From assembly GCA_963727805.1 (NCBI GenBank), contig CAVSHF010000003.1, positions 2,112,001 to 2,176,000 on the forward strand: DNA of 64,000 nt. The letters are read 5' to 3'. Numbering within the stretch: position 1 is the first letter of the stretch; each line of letters opens with the position of its first letter. Source of the stretch: an uncultured Nitrospiraceae bacterium. Its GTDB lineage: Bacteria > Nitrospirota > Thermodesulfovibrionia > Thermodesulfovibrionales > Dissulfurispiraceae. The notes beneath the pieces were generated by a model. It was not told the DNA's origin. It saw only the letters and a program-made list of their open reading frames with translations, and ran no database searches. Of the stretch, positions 51,901 through 60,083 are shown in pieces. The position numbers were made by a program, and so were the translations under genes.

Positions 51901-53305
51901 CTCTTGCCGGGTTGCTTGATTGCCGGCTACCTGAGCGTAAGTCCTTTCGGGCTCGCTCAAGCACCCGGGAGACGGCACGCCAATCCGACCAGACATGCTT
52001 CGATCGATTCCTTGCAGGTAGATCGAAGGTGTATCTTAGTCTTCGTGTAGCGAACCGCTCCCCGAAACCGAGACCCCGTCTGGCTATGGCTACTGCCGCT
52101 GCCTGATGCGGGGTTAATTTATATCCTGCCCCGAACTTCACCAATCCGATTACACTGGTGTACGCCGGGTTAATGCCTATCACTTCCACACCTTCCCTGA
52201 ATGCCTTACTAAGAATTAGATTTTTGAATGCCGTGTACGCCATCATCGAAACCTTGCGATTGGACTTACTGCTCCGTCCGGACTTCTTCTTGTCAAGATC
52301 GAGGTTCTCGATTACTATGGGCACCAGGTTGCCTTTGGCATACTGAACTACAGATGCAACTGTGTCTCCAAGTAACGCCGCTATCTGATGCTTCGTCTTT
52401 CCGAAAAGAAGCGTCGGGATGTTCCATGCTTCAGTGGGATTACCGGAGGCGTCGACCCTCGATACCGCGATATGATCTGCGTTCAGATCGAGTCCGAGAG
52501 CCCCGTGCTCTCTGGCGGTGACAGTAGCAACTTCAACCCGTTCCGTAGTCGCATGCACGTACCAGCCCTTGTCTTTACGGACAAACAGATAGCTTATGGC
52601 CTGACCAGCCAGCAGAGCGCTATTAATTATCTCCTGTCCGTGAGGGAAAACAACGGGGACTGCGATATGAGTCCCGAACTCACCGGCCAAAGCATTCGGG
52701 AGTCTCAGCTGCAGTCCCTTGGGTAGATACTGGCAGGTCTGGTTGCCAAACGATTCGTCCTTGCTGCCCAGACAATAGAATTGTGACGCTCTGGCAGACT
52801 GCCAGTCCGCAAGCCATTCAGTATGAGACCCATAACCGTTATCCTTAAGGCTGAATTGCTTTCTGAACAGATTTCTGGAGCCGAAGCAGATGGATGGCGT
52901 ATCAGACTTTGTCCGTTCTTCAAGCACAGACATCTTGTGCTTAAGGTGGGAACCCTGTCGTTTGTATTGGTGTATTTTAAACCAGTTTTTTGGGTTGTCA
53001 TTAAGAGCGGACTTAATGCGTTTAGTAACCGCCTCTAGTTTCCGTTTCTTAGTATCCAGATTACGCAGAAGTGCCTGTTTGTTAGCTTCGACTTTCCCCG
53101 ACAGGTTGAAGATGACACCGTTTAGCTGTCTGCCGGTAATCCCATATCGCTTAAGAAAAGATCGCTTCAGTTCATTGCGATCACCATGTTTAATATACCT
53201 CTCTTTGAAGTAGAGCCGCTCCACCTTGTCCATAAGCGCGGATGTCGCTTCCAAAGCAGGATACAGAGAAGTGTCTTTAATCTTGCCGCAGACGGTTATT
53301 TGCAT
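51812..53305 (-). CDS. tnpB: TnpB-related RNA-guided nuclease (atypical, no Zn ribbon)
   Basis: RuvC-I GLDLN, RuvC-II IVIENL, NPAYTS, then HQAAAVAIARR with no CxxC pairs. Confidence 0.88.
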   Translation of the reverse strand: MQITVCGKIKDTSLYPALEATSALMDKVERLYFKERYIKHGDRNELKRSFLKRYGITGRQLNGVIFNLSGKVEANKQALLRNLDTKKRKLEAVTKRIKSALNDNPKNWFKIHQYKRQGSHLKHKMSVLEERTKSDTPSICFGSRNLFRKQFSLKDNGYGSHTEWLADWQSARASQFYCLGSKDESFGNQTCQYLPKGLQLRLPNALAGEFGTHIAVPVVFPHGQEIINSALLAGQAISYLFVRKDKGWYVHATTERVEVATVTAREHGALGLDLNADHIAVSRVDASGNPTEAWNIPTLLFGKTKHQIAALLGDTVASVVQYAKGNLVPIVIENLDLDKKKSGRSSKSNRKVSMMAYTAFKNLILSKAFREGVEVIGINPAYTSVIGLVKFGAGYKLTPHQAAAVAIARRGLGFGERFATRRLRYTFDLPARNRSKHVWSDWRAVSRVLERARKDLRSGSRQSSNPARGVPLSTAAGPTPATDGSPGSRGKPSGGSQ

Positions 53306-53307
53306 AG

Positions 53308-53885
53308 TTACTCGCTCTTGGCCTCTTGATCCTGCAATGATTGTAATGCCTTCTTCGCTTTATTTTTGGCAGATCGCTTGCCGTAGAGCCTCGCACAAAA
53401 AGAGGTCAGCACCGCGATCATGTCTTCCACCAGGTCATTGGTGAGTTCCGAAGGGTCAACAACTACTAATTTCCTGCCTTGGGCGGCGAGGGCTGACTCC
53501 ACATACTCGGCGCCAAACCTCATTAAACGGTCACGGTGTTCCACTATGATAGTAGTGTACTTCGGGTCGGCAAGCAGCTTCATAAGCTTCGGGCGATGCC
53601 CGTTTAGTCCACTGCCGATCTCGGGACTACCTGATGAATGGCATAACCGTTCTCTGTGCCCCACATGGTGATTCTCGCCACCTGCCCTTCAATATCGTTT
53701 TTCTGGTCGTGTGACGACACCCTGACATAAGCTGCCGTCTGTCCTTGAGCAGACTGAGCCGGGGTAATGATGATCGTCCCCGAGGCAGTCTGATATGCTG
53801 GCACAGGAAGTTGCCCCTTTTTAAACCACAGAAACGCCGTCTGATACTTGATGCCCTGCGATTTTGCCCATTCGCTTAGTTTCAT
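53308..53885 (-). pseudogene. tnpA: IS607 serine recombinase TnpA, frameshifted near 53625
   Basis: MKLSEWAK HTH, YVRVSS.DQ catalytic motif, then a frame break into EIGSGLN, VEHRDRL.RFG, LTSFCARLYG. Confidence 0.92.
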
Positions 53886-53945
53886 ATTGTATATATTAAT
53901 GTATATTACGTATTAAAAACAGCTATCTAATGGCGCTGTTGTAAA

Positions 53946-54320
53946 CCCTTAAACGACGACATCAGGTCCTCTGCTCCGATAGAGCCCTCAGCCAGGGTGC
54001 CGCTTATCTTCCCTTTATTCTTTGCCCTTATAGCAATGAGTGCGATCGGTGGTCCGTTCTCGCCAACCTTGCCTATATAGATGTGGGCGGCTGTGATATT
54101 TTCTAAATCCGAAGCAGTGACAGTGTAAAACAGCAATGTGCATTCCCTACTAAGCGGAAAGGTCGCTTTGCCTTTGGCATCCGTCTTTATTGGAGGAACC
54201 ACCTTGAGCCGCTCATAGTAGCGCTGAGTTCGGGCAGATCTCTAATGTAGCCATACTCAGCCATGCAGACTTCGCAAAAGCGATAATCAGGATAATGATC
54301 AATACAAGTACCTTCCTCAT
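53946..54320 (-). pseudogene. CHRD-domain secreted protein gene, 5' part
   Basis: Signal peptide MRKVLVLIIILIIAFA, VVPP..T.A.G.A.F, ITAAHI..G..GENGP; two extra frameshifts; cut by IS607. Confidence 0.85.
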
Positions 54321-54482
54321 TATTACTTCCTCCTCTGACAATTTTTATCTCAGTATGGTTGCAGCATATCTGGCCACGGCGTGTTAAATACTGGGGAACA
54401 AGTTTCCTTGGTTCCTGCAACATCCTATATATTATTGACATTAGCTTTCTGTCGTTTTAAGATATAACCTAATCGATTTGAT

Positions 54483-54590
54483 ACGCCGAAATCTATAAAT
54501 TATGGATGCGGGGGAACCGGATAACGGGGCGAATTCCATTGTGGATAGGACACTTCCAAGTCCGAGCCCGTCAGCTAACCTCGTAGGCGA
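54483..54590 (+). ncRNA. c-di-AMP (ydaO/yuaA) riboswitch
   Basis: CGCCGAAA...GCGGGGGAAC...GGGGCGAAT...CCGAGCCCGTCAGCTAACCTCGTAGGCG matches the ydaO consensus blocks; lies upstream of kup. Confidence 0.92.
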
Positions 54591-54675
54591 CTGGAAGGCA
54601 ATATGGCAACAATCATTCTTTGCTGGCACTCCGGCATTTTCTTAGTGCCTCTCCTTACCCATCCCGGGAGCGCCA

Positions 54676-56490
54676 ATGCTTGTTAAGGAGTCACCCGCCA
54701 AAGGGATAATCAAGTCACTAGGCCTTGTTTTCGGCGACATCGGGACAAGCCCCATTTATACCCTTACCGTCGTATTCCTGCTCACAAAGCCGACCGCTGA
54801 CAACATCTTCGGCGTCATATCCCTGGTCGTCTGGACCCTGGTCATCCTTGTTACTATCGAATATGCCTGGCTCGCTATGAGTCTCGGGAAGAAGGGCGAG
54901 GGCGGGACTATCGTGCTCAGGGAACTTCTCATCCCATTGCTCAAATCCGGAAGAAAGGCTGCTTTTGTTACATTCCTGTCCTTTATTGGTATATCTCTGC
55001 TTATCGGCGACGGCGTAATCACCCCTGCCATCAGTATTCTCAGCGCCGTAGAAGGTTTGCTGCTGATCCCCGGTCTTGAGAGCACAGCACAGGAAATGCT
55101 GATACTCATTGCGGGGATTATTGCTATACTGCTCTTTTCGTTTCAAAGAAAGGGGACCGAAAAGGTCTCGGTCGCCTTCGGCCCAATCATGATTGTCTGG
55201 TTTGCGGCGCTGGCAGTTTCTGGCGTCTTGTCCATTTTGGAGTTTCCAACCATACTCAAGGCGGTCAATCCATATTACGCCATACGCTTCCTTGTCGAGA
55301 ACGGCATCGCGGGTTTCTTTGTTCTCTCCGAAGTCATCCTCTGCGCAACAGGAGGCGAGGCCCTCTACGCCGATATGGGGCATCTCGGCAGAAAACCGAT
55401 AACCAGGGCATGGTATTTTGTCTTTGTCGCCCTTCTGTTGAATTATCTTGGCCAGGGGGCGTTCGTCATCACCCATCCTGGGAGTAAGAATGTCCTCTTC
55501 GAGATGATCTTCACGCATTTCCGAATATTGTATGTCCCCTTTCTCATCCTGAGCATAATGGCTACGGTAATAGCCTCCCAGGCGATGATAAGCGGCATGT
55601 TCTCGATCGTATACCAAGGTATTACAACACATGTCATGCCCCTTTTTAAGGTCGATTACACATCAGAAGATCTGCGGTCCCAGATCTATATCGGCTTTGT
55701 AAACTGGTTCCTGCTTATCGCTGTCTTGTTCATCATGTATGAGTTCAAGGAATCGAGCCGCCTTGCCGCTGCCTATGGCCTTGCCGTTACCGGCACCATG
55801 ACGCTTACCGGGATTATGATGACTTGGATATTCAGTCTCAAGAAGAACAAACTTTACGCGGCGGCTTCGGCATTCGTGGCGGTTGTCGATGTCGTGTTTC
55901 TGGTGTCCAATATCTATAAAATACCGCACGGTGGCTATTGGTCTATCATCATTGCGGCGATCCCGTTATGCGTAATTATCCTCTATACGCGCGGGCAAAA
56001 GAGGCTCTACAGCACTATGAAACCCCTGGATAAAAAGGAATTTCTCACGCGATTCGAGTGGGCCTACAAGAACATGAGCAGGATAACGGGTACGGCCCTT
56101 TTCTTTGCGCGGGGAATCGAAAAGGTGCCTCCTTACATCGTCAACACGATGTTTTTAAATAATATCCTCTATGAGGACAATATCATTGTCTCTATCATCC
56201 GGAGAGACGATCCTTTCGGAGTCACCGGCTATTTCAAAGACCTCCATGTGGATGGTTTGAGGATATTCGAGATACAGGTCGGGTATATGGAAATGTTCGA
56301 TGTTGAGGAGATACTTCGAGACGCAGGCATAGAAGAAAAGGTCATATTCTATGGCCTTGAGGACATCGATACCAGGAGCATCGTCTGGAAGATATTCTCA
56401 CTGATAAAGAAACTGAACCCCACCTTTGTACAGTTCTACCGGCTGCCGTCTCACAAGCTTCACGGTGTCGTAACCCGCGTCGAGATGTGA
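54676..56490 (+). CDS. kup: KUP/HAK/KT K+ transporter
   Basis: LGLVFGDIGTSPIY, GEGG, GDGVITPAISILSAVEG, TGGEALYADMGH, AYGLAVTGTM. Confidence 0.97.
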   Translation: MLVKESPAKGIIKSLGLVFGDIGTSPIYTLTVVFLLTKPTADNIFGVISLVVWTLVILVTIEYAWLAMSLGKKGEGGTIVLRELLIPLLKSGRKAAFVTFLSFIGISLLIGDGVITPAISILSAVEGLLLIPGLESTAQEMLILIAGIIAILLFSFQRKGTEKVSVAFGPIMIVWFAALAVSGVLSILEFPTILKAVNPYYAIRFLVENGIAGFFVLSEVILCATGGEALYADMGHLGRKPITRAWYFVFVALLLNYLGQGAFVITHPGSKNVLFEMIFTHFRILYVPFLILSIMATVIASQAMISGMFSIVYQGITTHVMPLFKVDYTSEDLRSQIYIGFVNWFLLIAVLFIMYEFKESSRLAAAYGLAVTGTMTLTGIMMTWIFSLKKNKLYAAASAFVAVVDVVFLVSNIYKIPHGGYWSIIIAAIPLCVIILYTRGQKRLYSTMKPLDKKEFLTRFEWAYKNMSRITGTALFFARGIEKVPPYIVNTMFLNNILYEDNIIVSIIRRDDPFGVTGYFKDLHVDGLRIFEIQVGYMEMFDVEEILRDAGIEEKVIFYGLEDIDTRSIVWKIFSLIKKLNPTFVQFYRLPSHKLHGVVTRVEM

Positions 56491-56505
56491 TTTGCAGAGG
56501 CAGGA

Positions 56506-56973
56506 TTAATCCCTGCCCCTGCTTCCTTTGAATGAGGTAATGCGGGCGAGCACTTTGTCGATAAGCACGGGCAAGGCCGCCTCAACAGACGGGGAAAGAC
56601 CCTCTCCATAATCTAATGAATCCGCAGCAATGGAATAGACGACTGTTGCAGGGTGTGTGTTATAGAGCTCCTCGACGCAGCCCAATAATACGCTAGGGCT
56701 GAGGTTGTGCGAAAAGATCCCTGGGACTGCGTTGTCTGGAACAACCTCCACTTCTTTCAATGTGCCTGGCTCATCTCCCACATGGGCGTCGATAAATATC
56801 GCGAGGTCTGCGTCTCTCAGGTCTTCGGCAAGTTGGATTCCTAACTGAAGCCTGACCAGAGCCTTCACCTCCTGGTCCTGCACAAGGCTTTCAATGCGCT
56901 GTACTGCAACCTGGCCAACGCCGTCGTCCCTCCGCAGCGGGTTTCCGAATCCGATGACGAGAATCTTACTCAT
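56506..56973 (-). CDS. Hydrogenase maturation protease
   Basis: VIGFGNPLRRDDGVG, FIDA, SH.LSP, GEGLS. Confidence 0.9.
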   Translation of the reverse strand: MSKILVIGFGNPLRRDDGVGQVAVQRIESLVQDQEVKALVRLQLGIQLAEDLRDADLAIFIDAHVGDEPGTLKEVEVVPDNAVPGIFSHNLSPSVLLGCVEELYNTHPATVVYSIAADSLDYGEGLSPSVEAALPVLIDKVLARITSFKGSRGRD

Positions 56974-56999
56974 CCCCCCGCCTCACTCCCGCACCGCTA

Positions 57000-57194
57000 T
57001 TACCCTTTGTGCATCTTTATGAAATTGCTGATCGGATGGTCGTAAGTCTTTTCGAACTGGGCGCTGAAAAAGTACGCCGGCAGCTCGCCGTTGTTGCGGT
57101 GATAATGCAGGCACTAGCAACATTTATGCTTGCGCTCACAAGGCTCATAGGTGCAATAGCACATCTTTATATTATTTTCGATAAAGCAATCCAT
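57000..57194 (-). pseudogene. Small Cys-rich protein (DUF6485-like) with in-frame TAG
   Basis: Own translation MDC..ENN...C.CTYEPCERK.KCC*CL.YHR..GELPA.FF....EKTYD; TAG at 57116-57114; AGGAGG RBS. Confidence 0.7.
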
Positions 57195-57364
57195 AGTCTT
57201 CCTCCTGATTGGAATGTCTTCCATTTTAACCACAAAAGACTGAATTTGGCATTACCGAAATATCAGGTGGGGTTATGTACACGTCTGGCAGGGCCGGGAA
57301 GCGAACCTACGGTCTGGAGAAGTTCAGTTGGCCGGAATCTCGCGGACCCGGCCAACCCCTTTTT

Positions 57365-58636
57365 CTATCTGAACTTCATGACAGTGCTTTTTTTCGTCTT
57401 GGCAGATGGAAGGGTATCGCCCCACTGTTTGCCTGTCTTTTGTCCGATGTCCCTGCGAACCGGAATGTGCTGCCTTGATGGGCGAGTATACTCGCCGTCT
57501 TTTCTCGGCGCAGCTTCACCGTAATCAAAGCCTTCCAATGTGCGGCGCTCGATCGTTCCGCCCAGGACTCTTTCGATATCGTGCACCACGTCCCTGTTTT
57601 CGGGGGTCACGAGCGTGTATGCATCACCACTCCGGGCAGCACGGCCGGTACGGCCGATGCGATGAATGTAAGCATCGGTGGTATCGGGGACATCGTAGTT
57701 GATGACGTGGGAAACTTGGGTCACGTCGATCCCGCGTGCTGCGATATCGGTTGCCACCAGGATCTGGTATGTACCGTTGCGGAATCCGCTCATTGCGGCC
57801 TGACGCCGCGACTGCGAGAGATTCCCCTGCAGCGAGGCCGTCCGATACCCTGCATTGACCAGTTGTTCCCCAAGGCGCTTGGCCCGGTGCTTGGTACGGG
57901 TGAAAATCAGCACGGACTCAGTATCGGTATGGTGAAGCAGATTCAGAAGCAGAGGTGTCTTCAGGTGCTGGGCAACCGGATATAATGCGTGACTCACAGT
58001 AACCGCAGGTGCCGTAACACCTACTTTGACCATGACCGGCTCGTTAAGAGTATCGTTGGCTAGATGCCTGATCTCTTCGGGCATAGTGGCCGAGAAGAGC
58101 ATGGTCTGCCGCCTCTGGGGTAAGTGTTTCAGTATCTGTCGAATGTCGGGTAAAAAGCCCATGTCGAACATGTGATCGGCCTCGTCGAGGACCAACATAT
58201 CCAGCCGCGATAGGTCGATCGTCCTCTGCCCGATATGGTCAAGGAGCCGCCCGGGACAGGCGACAACAATCTCTACGCCGCGTTTCAGCTTATCCACCTG
58301 AGGAGTGAAGCCCACTCCGCCATAGATGGTTACGCTCCTAAGGCCAGTATTCCGTCCCAGGATACTGATTGCTTCGTGCGTCTGCTCTGCCAGCTCTCTC
58401 GTAGGTGCAATGACAAGGGCACGGACGTAGCGGCGCCCCCCCTGCATCAGTCGGTGCAGGATGGGAAGAGCAAAAGCAGCGGTCTTGCCGGTGCCTGTCT
58501 GTGCCAGGCCCATAATATCATGGCCCTGCATGACCAGCGGAATCGCCTGCGCCTGGATCGGCGTCGGCGTTGTATAGCCCGCGGCCTTGACCCCGGCCGC
58601 GACGTGGGGATGAAAATCAAATACGTTAAATTCCAT
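57365..58636 (-). CDS. DEAD-box RNA helicase (RhlE-like)
   Basis: AQTGTGKT, PTRELA, DEAD, SAT, ARGID, HRIGRTGR. Confidence 0.96.
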   Translation of the reverse strand: MEFNVFDFHPHVAAGVKAAGYTTPTPIQAQAIPLVMQGHDIMGLAQTGTGKTAAFALPILHRLMQGGRRYVRALVIAPTRELAEQTHEAISILGRNTGLRSVTIYGGVGFTPQVDKLKRGVEIVVACPGRLLDHIGQRTIDLSRLDMLVLDEADHMFDMGFLPDIRQILKHLPQRRQTMLFSATMPEEIRHLANDTLNEPVMVKVGVTAPAVTVSHALYPVAQHLKTPLLLNLLHHTDTESVLIFTRTKHRAKRLGEQLVNAGYRTASLQGNLSQSRRQAAMSGFRNGTYQILVATDIAARGIDVTQVSHVINYDVPDTTDAYIHRIGRTGRAARSGDAYTLVTPENRDVVHDIERVLGGTIERRTLEGFDYGEAAPRKDGEYTRPSRQHIPVRRDIGQKTGKQWGDTLPSAKTKKSTVMKFR

Positions 58637-58662
58637 AAACTCCTTTTTTCTGCATACGGACG

Positions 58663-58688
58663 AAAAAAAACCCCGGTGTATTCCGGGG
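58663..58688 (-). terminator. Intrinsic terminator-like hairpin in the helicase 5' leader
   Basis: Minus strand CCCCGG-AATACA-CCGGGG followed by T8, upstream of the helicase RBS. Confidence 0.75.
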
Positions 58689-58734
58689 CTTACTTACGAT
58701 GTAGTTTTCATCCGGGTACAGCAGTTGATAATGA

Positions 58735-58764
58735 ATAATACCAGCCATGGGAAGCCTTTGTCAA
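58735..58764 (-). promoter_or_regulatory. Sigma70-type promoter for helicase leader
   Basis: Minus strand TTGACA-N18-TATTAT with TG extension. Confidence 0.6.
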
Positions 58765-58863
58765 ATAAAAGAATTTCGGGTGAGCCTTAGATATTATGCC
58801 AGATGGGTTTCATCAGGCAGGGAAAAGATTGCATTTGCACAGGCTTTTCAGATAAAACAGACT

Positions 58864-59352
58864 ATGCAAAAACATTTAGCCCTTATGGTCCTTCTTATCC
58901 TTGCCTCTGTGGTGCAGACTTTCTATTACTATCCCCAGCTACCTGAAGTGATTGCCTCCCATTTTAACTTCGAAGGGAACGCAAATGGCTGGCAGCCAAA
59001 GAGGGTCTTTTTCGGGATATACAGTGGCGTGCTCGTACTCCTTGTTTCCATCTTCTCGGGATTACAGCTGTTTCTGGACCGCATTCCGGACTCGCTCATT
59101 AATCTGCCGCGAAAGGCGTACTGGCTTGCCCCGGAAAGACGGGCAGAGACATTCTCCTTCATAAACGCGCAGATGCTCATATACGGTAATACCACCCTGG
59201 GGTTCATATTCGTGGTCTTCCAACTTGCAATCCAAGCGAACCTGACACCACAAAAACAGCTCCCTCCTACGACCATGCTGCCCCTGCTGGGGGCTTATAT
59301 TCTTTTCTCCCTAGTTTGGACTGTCAGATTTATCCGCAAATTCAAGAAGTAA
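58864..59352 (+). CDS. DUF1648-family membrane protein
   Basis: YPQLPE.IASHFN..G.ANGW motif, 4 TM segments. Confidence 0.82.
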   Translation: MQKHLALMVLLILASVVQTFYYYPQLPEVIASHFNFEGNANGWQPKRVFFGIYSGVLVLLVSIFSGLQLFLDRIPDSLINLPRKAYWLAPERRAETFSFINAQMLIYGNTTLGFIFVVFQLAIQANLTPQKQLPPTTMLPLLGAYILFSLVWTVRFIRKFKK

Positions 59353-59375
59353 GCGATTCCATCCCTCTTACCCCC

Positions 59376-59404
59376 TTGACAGTGAACTATCGTTCACCTA
59401 TAAT
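59376..59404 (+). promoter_or_regulatory. Consensus sigma70 promoter with embedded LexA-type operator
   Basis: TTGACA(59376)-N17-TATAAT(59399); palindrome GTGAAC-TATC-GTTCAC (59382-59397) fills the spacer. Confidence 0.9.
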
Positions 59405-59410
59405 TTAAGT

Positions 59411-60004
59411 ATGAAGAATGAACCGAAAGACGACAAACTCAGGTCCCGGATCAGGAACATATCGCTTTTCTACCATAAAAAAGGCCGGATGCCAAGCTTT
59501 TCGGAGATTGGGGAGTTTACGGGCCTGCGATCGAAGAACGCCGTCTCAAAACTCGTCGATAAGCTGGACAGTCTGAAGGTAATCGGAAAGGATGCGAAGG
59601 GCAGACTCATACCGCGCTCCATAGCATCTCCGGTAAGGATACTCGGATTTGTGGAGGCTGGATTCCCGAGCCCTGCAGAAGAAGAGCTTGCCGACACACT
59701 CTCGCTCGACGACCTCCTCATCGAGAACCCGGATGCGACCTTTCTGCTCAGGGTCTCGGGAGATTCTATGTCGGAGGCCGGGATACTTCCGGGCGATATG
59801 GTAATCGTTGACAGGGGGCAGACACCCAAGAGTGGAGATATCGTAATCGCAGAGGTCGACGGCCAGTGGACCATGAAATACCTGCGAAAAAAGGGTGAAA
59901 GCATCACCCTTATTCCTGCGAATCCTAACTATAAGCCGATCAAGCCGAAGAATGAATTGAAGATCGGAGGCGTGGTGACAGCAGTGGTAAGGAAATACCG
60001 CTGA
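59411..60004 (+). CDS. lexA: LexA-family repressor with UmuD-like S24 domain
   Basis: N-terminal wHTH (MPSFSEI....GLRSK.AV), AG cleavage site in VEAGFPSPA, GDSM Ser, TMK Lys. Confidence 0.85.
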   Translation: MKNEPKDDKLRSRIRNISLFYHKKGRMPSFSEIGEFTGLRSKNAVSKLVDKLDSLKVIGKDAKGRLIPRSIASPVRILGFVEAGFPSPAEEELADTLSLDDLLIENPDATFLLRVSGDSMSEAGILPGDMVIVDRGQTPKSGDIVIAEVDGQWTMKYLRKKGESITLIPANPNYKPIKPKNELKIGGVVTAVVRKYR

Positions 60005-60014
60005 ATTCGAGAAG

Positions 60015-60072
60015 ATGTGTCGGAAGCGTCCTGGGTTTCTGCATGATGAAAGCCGGGATACTTCCGACACAT
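60015..60072. repeat. Long intergenic hairpin
   Basis: ATGTGTCGGAAG (60015-60026) / CTTCCGACACAT (60061-60072) perfect 12-bp arms plus an imperfect inner stem. Confidence 0.8.
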
Positions 60073-60083
60073 ATACGAAATTT

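Larger units (their letters stand above)
51727..53945 (-). mobile_element. IS607-family element (tnpA serine recombinase plus tnpB)
   Basis: GG at both junctions (53947-53946 and 51728-51727); removing 51727-53945 restores CHRD frame F-K-G-K-T-V-W; right end ...TTTAGGAACGG. Confidence 0.92.

Noticed and set aside
53886..53945. IStron (group I intron fused to IS607)
   Set aside because: The left end is only 60 bp before tnpA, leaving no room for an intron core, and the host gene has decayed further.
50033..57194. Amber (TAG) recoding or pyrrolysine suggested by in-frame TAGs
   Set aside because: TAG is the genuine stop of several intact genes here (PII, GGDEF, xseB). The TAGs fall in different sequence contexts, each one base from a sense codon, and one affected gene also has a frameshift.
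57326..57354. Hairpin GTTGGCCGG...CCGGCCAAC downstream of the helicase as a novel RNA
   Set aside because: Most simply a terminator or stability hairpin; no further evidence.
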